A program made the position numbers and the translations under genes. This document shows, in pieces, positions 50,643 to 61,385 of a stretch of 64,000 bases of DNA; the stretch's first letter is position 1; every line of letters starts with the position of its first letter. The stretch comes from Coniocarpon cinnabarinum (lineage: Eukaryota), in assembly GCA_051942205.1 (NCBI GenBank), contig JAVECO010000009.1, forward strand, positions 124,001-188,000. The letters are read 5' to 3'. The notes under the pieces are model-generated. The model was not told the DNA's origin. It did no database searches and worked only from the letters and a program-made list of their open reading frames with translations.

Positions 50643-51704
50643 TCATGATTCCGCCCTCTTCTTCCGGCGCTTCTTTTCATTTGCTTTGTGTTTCGTTCTG
50701 CTCGGGCTCTCAAGGTCCTCAACGTGCCCATTCGCCCACAGATCACCATTAGTCTGCAGAGACTGACTCGCCAACTCATCCTGAGTGGCTCTCGTTGCAT
50801 CTTCCTCTTTTGCTGTTCTCTGCGCCTCTTTCCTCGCTCTCTTTTCCTCCTTCCGCGCCCTACGATCTAGCTTCTCTTCTCTTCGCGGATCACCATGTAG
50901 TTCATAGTCCTGCGTGGAAACGCCGTTGATCTGACTCTGGACGCCATTTGGCAGCTCGTCCGACTCAATCGCCAGTTCCTCTGCTTCTTCGTCGTGCTTT
51001 CGTCTTCGCTCTTCCTCTTCTTTGCGCCGCCGTTTATCTTCCTTTCTTCTCCTCTTTGCGGCTCTTGCGTCCTCTTCAGGGGCAGCATCATCGTTCAATT
51101 GCTCTGTGTCGCGCTTACGCTTCTTCTCTCGCTTCTGTTCTTTCGAAGCACGATCCGCTGCTGTCTCGATTTCGGGTATGGTTCCATCATCTTCCTCCAC
51201 CAAGTTCCCTCGCGATCCAATCTCACCCTGTATGATTCCCACCTCTCCTTGTGCCCTCATCTGCTCCCCATAATCCCCATTAACCTGGTCCTGTTCCACT
51301 CCATTGAACTCTACCTGATCCGCATCCTCTCGGACCCCATCTGCTAGAGCCTCATCCTCGTCCAGGTCCACTGGTCGCTGAGCCTCAATCCCCTCTCTGG
51401 TCATGACTTCCGCTTCTCCCTCCTGAAACCCTTCCCTCTCCTCTTGTGGCACCATTTGAATGCCCTTGAGCCCCTTCGCGACGCGATCGAGTTGGTGCAG
51501 AATCAGGCCGCCGCCGGGTGGTCTACCCTCAAGCGTGGGTCCCCGCTCGTTGAAGCGGCAATCGGGGTGGAGATGTGGGTTTTGCGGCTCGGCGGAGAGG
51601 GAGAGGTAGCTTGATATGAGGTGTTGGGCTTGAAGCGTGGATATGGAGCGGGAGGTGTGGGTCCGTGAGGGTGGGGGGATGGACGTGAAGAGATGGTTGG
51701 ACAT
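50643..51704 (-). CDS. Putative RNA polymerase I subunit Rpa14-like protein with acidic/basic tail
   Basis: 'HLHPDCRF..GGLILHQLDRVAKGLKG' resembles the filamentous-fungal Rpa14 family as recalled. The long K/R/E-rich tail suggests nucleolar localisation. Likely ATG at 51704. Confidence 0.6.
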   Translation of the reverse strand: MSNHLFTSIPPPSRTHTSRSISTLQAQHLISSYLSLSAEPQNPHLHPDCRFNERGPTLEGRPPGGGLILHQLDRVAKGLKGIQMVPQEEREGFQEGEAEVMTREGIEAQRPVDLDEDEALADGVREDADQVEFNGVEQDQVNGDYGEQMRAQGEVGIIQGEIGSRGNLVEEDDGTIPEIETAADRASKEQKREKKRKRDTEQLNDDAAPEEDARAAKRRRKEDKRRRKEEEERRRKHDEEAEELAIESDELPNGVQSQINGVSTQDYELHGDPRREEKLDRRARKEEKRARKEAQRTAKEEDATRATQDELASQSLQTNGDLWANGHVEDLESPSRTKHKANEKKRRKKRAES

Positions 51705-52179
51705 CGTTGAAAGGTGGCCTTGGGACTCGCTAGAGATATATAGGTCTATGCTGACATCTTGAGATTGTCTTGTATGTAAATGGCCGCTAAATTGTTTCAA
51801 GACATGCGTGATTGGTTAATAAAATGGCGTGGTGGTTGTGAAGAATGCTGGATTAAGCAGGAAATCGCAAGTGCAAGCGCCCAAAGAGATCAGAGACGAC
51901 CCTTGGTACACTTCACCAGAAATTTGACTGCTGGCTGCTGGATCAATACGAGAGATTGGGAAGACGGAAGTCATAAATAATTCTTCGAATTCCAGAATAG
52001 CTAATTTACCCGAGCCAATCTTCGGCTCCACCTGCCATCCGTAGATTTATCCAACCAACCTGCAAGCTGTTCTTCCATTGTCCATCAGAGTAAAGCTGGC
52101 CCTCCTCAAGTCCCCATCCGATCTACCATTTTCCACAATCGCTCGATCGATCAGCCCACCGCAAAGGTCTGCGAAAAGA

Positions 52180-52587
52180 ATGTCGTTCGACATGCGCGCC
52201 CTGCGCAGCGCGCTGTGCACCGTCTCCAAAGCACGATCATCCCAGCTTCGCCAGATAGCATATTCCGTCCAAAAAACCTCCACAAGCACCAGTCGCCGCA
52301 CGTTATATACAACGCGCATGCCGTCCACGCGCGCGATACGGATCTCGTCACCCGCATCTTTATCATCGACGGTGCAAAGACCCACACTGGAGACGTCGCA
52401 AAGCAACATACAAGCTGCTCGAAGCTTTAGTACGTCGACAGCGTTACTGGGACCGAGAGATACATACAACCCTTCACATCGAGTGCGAAAGCGGCGCTTC
52501 GGGTTTCTAGCGAGGTTGAGAAGCAAAACGGGGAGAAAGATCCTACAGCGAAGGCGGCTGAAAGGGAGGAAGAGCATGAGTCACTGA
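52180..52587 (+). CDS. MRPL34: Mitochondrial ribosomal protein bL34m
   Basis: R/S/T-rich presequence followed by '[37 protein letters not shown]'. Confidence 0.92.
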   Translation: MSFDMRALRSALCTVSKARSSQLRQIAYSVQKTSTSTSRRTLYTTRMPSTRAIRISSPASLSSTVQRPTLETSQSNIQAARSFSTSTALLGPRDTYNPSHRVRKRRFGFLARLRSKTGRKILQRRRLKGRKSMSH

Positions 52588-52715
52588 GATTGAAAATAAA
52601 GAAAAGGGCGCCGTGTTCGACTTGACCATGCGCAAAGAATCAAGAACGCAATTCGAGAAGTTGAAAGTGTTGTACATATTCATACACGACCGGCATCGCG
52701 ACCGACCAACGATGG

Positions 52716-54497
52716 TCACAGATCGTTGATCAACGGTGGAAATAGCACGCCCTCCAGACCTCTGCCTAAGTCTAGCTTGCTTGTCCCATACTCATAATCC
52801 GCACCCAGCTTGGCCCATGGGAAAGTCCTTCGATCTTCTCGAAGACCGAGCATGTCCGCGAGCTGCGTCGCCTTGTTGGGTACAAACGGTTGCAGCAAGA
52901 TTGCTACAAGCCTTAAAGCTTCCGCCGACAGATACACTGTTGTGTCAAGCTCCGCCTGCATCTCTATTTGACCTGGTTCGGGCAGCTTGGGGATGCCTCG
53001 CGCAACATACCACGGCCGTTGGACCTGGACAAAAGCGTTTGTGGAAAAGGCAATGTCCATCACTTCTTTGAGCGCCTTGCCAGGTTGCAGCTCATCAAAA
53101 TACTGAGCAACGTTCGCCGGCGCTTCCTGCAGTAGCTGCTTCTGCTTGGCGACAGTCGTGTTACTGCTGAGCGACGTTGCTAAGTTTGTATCGCGAGCAT
53201 ACTCGATCGCCTTCCGTACGCTCCACCCTTTGAATCGAACGATGCGACTTGTGAGATTGCCCAGGCCGTCCTGCAGATCTTTTTTGTACCTCGCGACGAT
53301 GTACTCATTGCTGTAATCAGAGTCTTGGCCGATCCCACCGTCGTTCGCAAGATAGTAGCGCAGGGGGTCTATCTCAAAGCGGTCGATCGCAAAGAAGGGA
53401 TTGACCACATTACCAGTCGACTTGGCCATTTTCTCGCGGCCCAACGTCCAATGGGCGTGAGTCAAGACTTGCTTCGGTGGCGAAACACCAAGCGCAATCA
53501 GGAAAGCAGGCCAATAGATGCAATGGAAGCGAACGATGTCTTTGCCAATGACGTGGCAGTCGGCTGGCCACCCTTGGAGACTTTCTTCGCCGGGTGTCCA
53601 TGGATACCCTGCTTTGGTGAGATAGTTCATCAGGGCGTCGAGCCAGACATAGATCGTCTGACTATCATCATCTGGCACAAGAACTCCCCAGCTGAGGCGA
53701 CTGGATGGTCGAGAAATGGAAAGATCCTCAAGACCTTGTGTCACCTGGTTCACGACGTCCTGCATGCGATATTCGGGTACTATGAAGCTTGGGTGCTGCT
53801 CATAGAAATTCAAAAGCTGCTCGCGCATCGCAGACAATCGGAACCTGTAATTTGTCTCTGATGTCCATTCGACTTCTTTCCCAGTCTCTTTAGACACCAT
53901 GATCTTCCGTCCCGTCGGCGGGTCGACAATAAGATGCACAGCTGATTCCGGATAGAATGCTTCGTCGCTGACCGAATACCATCCCTCGTGCTTCGATAAA
54001 TATATCATGTCCTTCTCTTGCAATACTCTCCACGCATGCTGGACTGCTTCCTTATGATCCACATCTGTAGTGCGCACAAAGTGGTCTTGCGATATTTGCG
54101 CCTGTCCAGCTAGAGATCTAAAAGTTTCAGCGCCCTCGTCGCAGAAAGTTTGAGGATCTGTCTCGGCCTTCAAAGCCGCCCGCTGCACTTTCATGCCATG
54201 CTCGTCAGTCCCTGTGCAGAGTATTGATCTCTTTCCCTGCAGGACATTCCATCTTTTCAGGATGTCTGCAAGGACCATGGAATAGAGGTGGCCGACATGG
54301 GGCGCGGCGTTGACGTAGAAGATCGGGGTGGTCACGTAGTATGGCTTGTCATTGAGAGCTGGCGAGCCAGTGGACGCAAAGCGCTGCACTGGCAGCCATG
54401 CCTGTGGTCGCGCGCTGGGACGAGTGGCAATGCTATCGCCTAGTCGTTGTGCGCGTGTATAAACTGAGCATCCTGAGCGACGCCAGCACACATTCAT
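52716..54497 (-). CDS. MSM1: Mitochondrial methionyl-tRNA synthetase
   Basis: 'YVTTPIFYVNAAPHVGH' (HIGH), GTDEHG, YVWLDAL, GKDIVRFH and KMAKS, with an N-terminal presequence. The start position is uncertain. Confidence 0.93.
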   Translation of the reverse strand: MNVCWRRSGCSVYTRAQRLGDSIATRPSARPQAWLPVQRFASTGSPALNDKPYYVTTPIFYVNAAPHVGHLYSMVLADILKRWNVLQGKRSILCTGTDEHGMKVQRAALKAETDPQTFCDEGAETFRSLAGQAQISQDHFVRTTDVDHKEAVQHAWRVLQEKDMIYLSKHEGWYSVSDEAFYPESAVHLIVDPPTGRKIMVSKETGKEVEWTSETNYRFRLSAMREQLLNFYEQHPSFIVPEYRMQDVVNQVTQGLEDLSISRPSSRLSWGVLVPDDDSQTIYVWLDALMNYLTKAGYPWTPGEESLQGWPADCHVIGKDIVRFHCIYWPAFLIALGVSPPKQVLTHAHWTLGREKMAKSTGNVVNPFFAIDRFEIDPLRYYLANDGGIGQDSDYSNEYIVARYKKDLQDGLGNLTSRIVRFKGWSVRKAIEYARDTNLATSLSSNTTVAKQKQLLQEAPANVAQYFDELQPGKALKEVMDIAFSTNAFVQVQRPWYVARGIPKLPEPGQIEMQAELDTTVYLSAEALRLVAILLQPFVPNKATQLADMLGLREDRRTFPWAKLGADYEYGTSKLDLGRGLEGVLFPPLINDL

Positions 54498-54761
54498 TAA
54501 ATTGCTATGAGTTCTTCCAAACGAACAATCCACCTCAGGATGAGCATCGCGGAGACCCTGTCTCTGCCATCGAAGGACCATCACATTTGCCCCAAGATGG
54601 AAAACTCAACCTTGTCTTACTCACGGAGTGACCCCTGGTGACAAAGGTTGATCTACAGTACTTCCACGTCCAGATGGCTCTTATTGAGCCTGGCTTCAGC
54701 TTGTAGAATGTGCAAGCAACACCTTTGCCGGTGATCTCTAAATTTGCGTCGCAGCCCGCAC

Positions 54762-55852
54762 CTACAAACTCACAACATACTTAGCTCCACTTACACCTTT
54801 CTGAAGCTTCTCCAAGCCCTGCTCAAGAGAATCAAGCCCTTTGCTAATGACCAAGTTCCTGACTGGTAGCCGATACTGCACACTCTGGACTAGTGATGCA
54901 AGGCTAGCCATCATATTGATGCCGCCCTTTGCTTCCAACAACTTTCGACCAAAAATCGAGGTCGAAGTCACGCCTTCAGGCACATCGGGATACTGCCCGG
55001 TGACCACATGCGAGTAGAGCTTGGGGCCTGCGGGACTGAGCGTTGAGAAGACAGATGGGCTTTGCACGGCAGCCGTGACAGGATCTAGAATGGCGTCGAC
55101 GCCAAAGCCTCCAGGTGTTGCAGCCTTGATTGCATCAGGCTCATCTTGAGCGGCTCTTTCAAAACACTTTGTCGCACCTAAGGAGAGCAGCTGTTCGTGG
55201 TGATGAATCGAGCTCGTCGTCAAAATGATGGCTTGCGGAATCGCCAAACGAAGGAACTGTATGGCTGCAGCGCCAATGGCAGAGGAACCGCCGAGGACCA
55301 GAATGGAAGTGGGGTGGTTTGTTCCCTCACTCAGATCAAGGTCAGGTAGCGGAACATGAAGGCCAAGGTGGATGATGGCGGCGCCCGTGATGGAGGCAAT
55401 GCTATTATGCGAGTAGTAAGTATGTATGCACAATCAAGGCATTGACTTCTTGGAACATAACCGAGATGAGCTTACGGGAGCGACGCCGCTTCCTCAAAGC
55501 TCACACTTGATGGCTTCTTTGCTGCGAGACACTCAGGGACAGTGATGACCTCCTGATAAGCGCCTGCCCGAGTGCTCATGCCGCAAAGGGTGAAGACTTC
55601 GTCTCCGGGTTTGAAGCTTTTGACGGACGCGCCCACCGAGTCGACAACACCGGCCGCATCGACACCGAGCACTGTTGGCCATGACTGCACCATGATGCCA
55701 AAAGCACGAATCTTCCAATCTAGCCCATTCAAACCAATTGCTCTGTTGCGGATGCATATCTCATTCGCTCCTGGAGCGGGATACGCCACCGATACCGGCG
55801 CAAGTGATGCTCCTGGTTTGTTAAGCTGATATTGTATCACAGTCTTCGACAT
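54762..55852 (-). CDS. Second MDR-family enoyl-reductase-like dehydrogenase
   Basis: Intron 55402-55475. 'AIGLNGLDWK..PTVLGVDAAG', 'LGGSSAIG', 'GVSGAKYVVSL'. Confidence 0.88.
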
Positions 55853-56315
55853 GGTGGATCAATCATTGAGTCATGAAAAGTAGTTCCTTAATCTGCAGAA
55901 ACAATATGAAGCAACACTCAAGCTCGCAGATGCTCGACTTGAGCTTCACTCTTATGGCAGACACTGGTTCGGACCTATCGGATTTTCGTGCTGTGCCGTG
56001 CCTCACAAAGGACATAAGGGAGTCGAGAATTACCGCAACCGTGAGCCAACATAGGTCCTGATGAGCAAATGAGCTGGACACAAGGAGGAGTCGCTGAGCC
56101 GCAGCGGATTCTAGCCCGTGACTGGCATTTTGGCCGTCGTCGTGTTGACCGGGTGCTCGGTATCCTTCAGCAGCGCGCGCCTTGCTCTGCCTTGACATTG
56201 ATGGTTCTGAAATCAAATGGAGTCGTACTGCGATACTTTCTCCTCCTGCTCTTGTGTGTTCCAGCTTCATGAGTTCTGCCCCCCTTTATTGCCTGAACGT
56301 ATGCTTCAACAGTTG

Positions 56316-56890
56316 TCATAATATTTCTCGCATCATTGCCCATACCATTACTCATACCATTTCGCATAGCCATTCGCCATATCATTTCGTCCCCTCATCA
56401 TTTTGGACGTCATGTGACCTTCATTTGGCCCCCGTATCATTTCTCGTATCATTTCTCATTTCATTGCTCATATCATTTCGCACGTCATGTGACCTTTCAT
56501 TTGGCCCCCGTATCATTCCTCATACCATTTCTCATATCATTCCTCATATCACTTCTCATATCATTTCGCACGTCATGTGACCTTTCATTCGGCCCCCGTA
56601 TCATTCCTCATACCATTCCTTATACCATTCCTCATATCATTTCTCTTATCATTCCTCATATCATTCCTCTTATCATTCCTCATATCATTCCTCTTATCAT
56701 TCCTCATATCATTCCTCATATCATTCCGCACGTCATGTGACCTTTCATTCGGCCCCCGTATCATTCGCCATATCATTTCTCACATCATTTCGTTCCCCAT
56801 ATCATTTGGCTCCCTCGTCACTTGCCACACTATTCACCAAATCATTCACCGTAGCGTTTGCCATATTCTTGCTCATGACCATTTGACTTG
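56316..56890 (+). repeat. Array A: degenerate 12-bp (CTCATATCATTC) tandem repeats with four higher-order CGCACGTCATGTGACCTTTCATTTGGCCCCCGT units
   Basis: Directly visible; GTCATGTGAC at 56409, 56484, 56572 and 56732. Confidence 0.92.
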
Positions 56891-58499
56891 AACGTACTAT
56901 TTGATGTCGCCCGCACTTGAGCGCAAGCTAAGGGCTGGTTGCGATGGCCGTGGAGAGTCAAATCATCGCGCGATCGCGCACAGCTGACGTGTGCACCAAC
57001 ACTGCTGCTAGGCCTGGCGTGCATCTATCAAGTATCGCGACAGAGTCGGGAGCGAGAATGGAGAAGCTTGTACCTCCGTCGCTTATCAGAGGCCCTTAAG
57101 TACTAGTTGTATGAAACAACAATATCGCTCAGACTTATCATCATCGTCGAATATCGCCCTCAAGATCCATAACTTTGCGTTCTGAGATCCTACCAAGCAC
57201 TCTTCGGTAATTATTTCGGGAACCAAGTCTTGCAGGACATGAAGATTTCGAATTTGTGAGAGGAGCACGCTGCTCTCAGCACTTCGTCAACCAGCTCTCA
57301 GAAAATCGAGAAGATGGGAATGCCCCCCACGAGCCTGTACTGACCTTCCCTGACGTGACGATGACTTCCAGCAGTTACTATTAGACTGCGTCTTGGTTCC
57401 TACCCCGAGAGCCAGCGAACGATTCGATATCCTCTTGATTCGCTCACGCGCGAAATGGTGCTGCAGGCACACTCAAAAGACGTCACCATTGACTCGCCTA
57501 TTGCGACAGCCTCTTCGTCATGCAATTTTATCGTGTCTTCCAATCGAAAATTGCATGGGAACTCTTGTGCCTTGGCTTGGGCCTTCGCATGTCTACTTCT
57601 GGCGAAGATCGATGTTTCACTCGTCTAGTGTTAGTCAACGCAGACACATCCGTCCTTGTGCAAACCCGAGACTTGTCATGGCACCCACGCAGATGGGTCG
57701 TGGTCTTTCCCCATCGAGGATCGGCAATATCAAGCTGCAATGCAGGTTCTCACGCTCTACAGTGCAACGAACAGAGCTGGCAGACTCGCTCGTCAATGTG
57801 CGCCGTGTGGCTCTAGCGAGAGCGATGATCTTGGGAGACGTGGAGAACACTGAGGATGATGGGCGCTGTGAGAGCCCAATTTGAGGTTAACAATAGAGCT
57901 CAAAATTTAATCAACTTGATACTATCTTCTGAACATGTAGTCCTAGTCGCAGGTCCAGAGTCTTTCTTGCCCTTGCTCATGAAAATGACTGCTTTTTTGT
58001 TTGATTGGTGCCTTTGCTTCTCACAAAGGATGAAAAAGTTTCCCGAGCCCATACCATCACTTTACATAAATCATCGACCGGTTGGACATGTGCCTACTAC
58101 GCGCGCTTCCTACTGGAACCGTTGCTCAATGTACCAACCGCTCTTGCTCGTTCCTATAGCGCAAGCCCAGACACAATAGCGCCGTCCGCATACCCTTCTG
58201 TAGCGCCTCCTGGAAGTGCGCAGGCGATCGCTTAACACCGGGAGCAAGCCTCGGTTTCTACAACGTCAAATACCAGCTGGAACGCAAGCGCTCATGCGAG
58301 AAAAAACCTAATGTGGCACCTGGGATGCGTCGCATTATTGAATCAATGTCTATTTGTTATTTTTCCGTGAGGCGCACAACCAGCCATCGCTTGTTCAAAC
58401 GTCTAGAAAGCGTTTAGAGTCAAGCATTACAGGGGCAAAATGGGACGAAAGGCTAAAGCCAGCGTTACGTGGGGTTGGGTTAGATAGTACGAGAAATGC

Positions 58500-59140
58500 A
58501 GACGAATGATACGGCGGCGAAATGATATGAGGAATGATATGAGGAAGGATATGAGAGATGAGTGATATGTGGATTGGTATGAGGAGTGACATGAGGAGTG
58601 ACATGAGGAGTGATATGAGGAATGGTATGACGGATGGTATGAGGCGTGATATGTGGAGTGGTATGAGAGATGATATGAGGAATGGTATGAGGCGTGATAT
58701 GAGGCGTGATGTGAGGCGTGATGTGAAGAATGGTATGAGGCGTGGTATGAAGAATGATATGAGGCGTGATATGAAGAATGATATGAAGAATGGTATGGGG
58801 AATGATATGAGGCGTGATATGAAGAATGATATGAAGAATGATATGAAGAATGGTATGGGGAATGATATGAGGCGTGATATGAAGAATGGTATGAGGCGTG
58901 ATATGAAGAATGATATGAGGAATGAAATGGGGGCCAAATGATATGGGGAATGATATGGGGGCCGAATGATATGGGGAATGGTATGAGAAATGATATGGTA
59001 GATAATGAGGGGGCCAAATGAACAATCACGTGATGTGGCCTCGAAATGATATGGCAAATGATACGGAGGCCAAAACGAAATGATGTGGGAAATGGTGCGA
59101 GAAATGATGCTAGAACGAAAGAACAGGACAGATGAAATGG
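58500..59140 (-). repeat. Array B: 12-bp tandem repeats (GAATGATATGAG/GCGTGATATGAG), inverted relative to A
   Basis: Several dozen consecutive 12-mers on the opposite strand to array A. Confidence 0.92.
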
Positions 59141-59189
59141 AGTCCAAACGGCGAGACGAGGACGCCGAATAACATTGACCATTTATTAT

Positions 59190-59470
59190 ATCATTTTTTC
59201 CCCTTATCATTTCTCATATTATTTCGCACATCATGTGACCTTTCATTTGGCCCCCTCATCATCATTTCGCAAATCATGTGACTTTCATTTCGCATGCGCC
59301 TCACATCATTTCGACGCCTCACATCATTTCACTAGCCTCACATCATTTCACTAGCCTCACATCATTTCACTAGCCTCACATCATTTCACTAGCCTCACAT
59401 CATTTCACTAGCCTCACATCATTTCACTAGCCTCACATCATTTCACTAGCCTCACATCGTTTCGCGATAT
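59190..59470 (+). repeat. Array C, including 7 perfect copies of the 19-mer GCCTCACATCATTTCACTA
   Basis: Perfect copies at 59316-59448, preceded by TCATGTGAC units. Confidence 0.93.
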
Positions 59471-59637
59471 CATTTTGCGCTCACATCGTTTGATGATGGC
59501 TCGCACATGCGACCTTTTGATAGCTTATGCGAGCAGCTTTCTTGAACACGCGGCGCGCCCACACAATTTAATGGCTTATGCGCAAGTCGCATGACAGGTA
59601 CCGACAGCGAAGTCATGCGGCATCTTACGTGCTGCGG

Positions 59638-60055
59638 CCGAAATGATGAGGGGGCGAAATGATGTGAGGGCGAAATGACGAAATGATGTGAGGCGCATGC
59701 GAAATGATGTGAGGCGCATGCGAAATGGTGTGAGGGCGAAATGATGTGAGGCGCATGCGAAATGGTGTGAGGGCGAAATGATGTGAGGCGCATGCGAAAT
59801 GGTGTGAGGCGCATGCGAAATGGTGTGAGGGCGAAATGATGTGAGGCGCATGCGAAATGGTGTAAGGCGCGAAATGATGTGAGGCGCATGCGAAACGGTG
59901 TAAGGCGCGAAATGATGTGAGGCGCGAAATGACGGGGGGGCGAAATGACAGTCACATGATCTACGAAATGATGAGGGTGCGAAATGAAAGTCACATGACG
60001 TGCGAAATGATTGATAAGGGGGCGAAATAGTGTGAGGCGCACGCGAAATGATGGT
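59638..60055 (-). repeat. Array D: GCGAAATGATGTGAGGC(GCAT) 16-21-bp repeats, mirror arm of C
   Basis: The reverse complement reproduces the order of motifs in array C. Confidence 0.9.
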
Positions 60056-60487
60056 GGCGAACTGTATGTGCGTCAATTGATACAACAAGGCCAAATGATG
60101 AGGCAAGCCAAGCATGCAAACGACTTGCTCGCCGACGCCGTGCGTCCATGCATTCTGCTGGATCGTGCAAACGAATCGCTCCGCACGCGCCCACAGGCTC
60201 TAATCGCTCGTGCGAGCGACGTTGTGCTACAGGCGGTGCGCCCACAGATTCTTATGGTACCCGCAGGGCGCGTAATAGATAGCGACATATGCGGGGCAAA
60301 TGATATGACCGAATGATATGGCTGTCGTGTGCACCAAGTCGTTCATCGCAGTGCAGAAAGCATAGTGTTACTATCTCGCGTAGGAACGAGTGAACTATGC
60401 TAGGATGCTCTCAGTACAAGTCGCAATACGGCCAGCACATAGTGCCGACGATGCTGACCAATTACACCACAATTGCAATTGATGGAA

Positions 60488-61385
60488 GGGTCAAATGGTG
60501 AAATGATAGGCGAATGACGGTCACATGACATGTGAAATGATGTGAGGCGCCGAAATGATGTGTGGCGCGAAATGATGTGAGGCGTCGAAATGATGTGTGG
60601 CGCGAAATGATGTGAGGCGTCGAAATGATGTGAGGCGTCGAAATGATGTGTAGCGCGAAATGATGTGTAGCGCGAAATGATGTGAGGCGTTGAAATGATG
60701 TGAGGCGTCGAAATGATGTGAGGCGTCGAAATGATGTGTAGCGCGAAATGATGTGAGGCGTTGAAATGATGTGAGGCGTAGAATGATGTGAGGCGCCGAA
60801 ATGATGTGTGGCGCGAAATGATGTGAGGCGTTGAAATGATGTGAGGCGTGGAAATGATGTGTGGCGTGGAAATGATGTGTGGCGCGAAATGATGTGAGGC
60901 GCGAAACGATGAGGGGGCTAAATGACGGTCACATGACGTGCGAAATGATGTGAGGCGCCGAAATGATGAGGGGGCTGAATGACGGTTACATGATGTGCGA
61001 AATGACGTGAGGCGCGAATCGTTGTGTGGCTGAAATGACACGGCAACCGATATGGCAAATGATATGGCGAATGATACGGGGGCCAAATGAAAGGTCACAT
61101 GACGTGCGAAATGATATGAGGAGTGATATGAGGAATGATACGGGGGCCAAATGATATGAGGAATGATATGGCGAATGATACGGGGGCCAAATGAAAGGTC
61201 ACATGACGTGCGAAATGATATGAGCAATGATCCGGGGGCCAAATGATATGGAAGATATGAGGAATGATACGGGGGCCGAGTGAAGGGTCACATGACGTTC
61301 GAATTGATATGAGAAATGATATGAGAAATGATACGGCAAATGATATGACAAATGATGCAGGGGCCAGAACGAGATGATATGAGGA
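60488..61385 (-). repeat. Array E: 17/18-bp GAAATGATGTG(A/T)GGCG(T)C repeats grading into 12-mers and higher-order units; inverted partner of A
   Basis: 61173-61230 is a perfect 58-bp reverse complement of 56461-56518. Confidence 0.92.

Larger units (their letters stand above)
56316..61385. mobile_element. Putative non-autonomous foldback-like element or nest of elements with internally repetitive inverted arms
   Basis: Inverted, internally repetitive arms; no transposase, clean TIR or TSD identified. Confidence 0.35.

Noticed and set aside
4421..54631. Numerous antisense/alternative-frame ORFs overlapping the called genes
   Set aside because: Shadow ORFs expected from GC-rich codon usage.
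56316..61385. CRISPR-like or telomeric array
   Set aside because: There are no unique regular spacers, no cas genes and no TTAGGG repeats. Units are contiguous and degenerate, and the context is eukaryotic.
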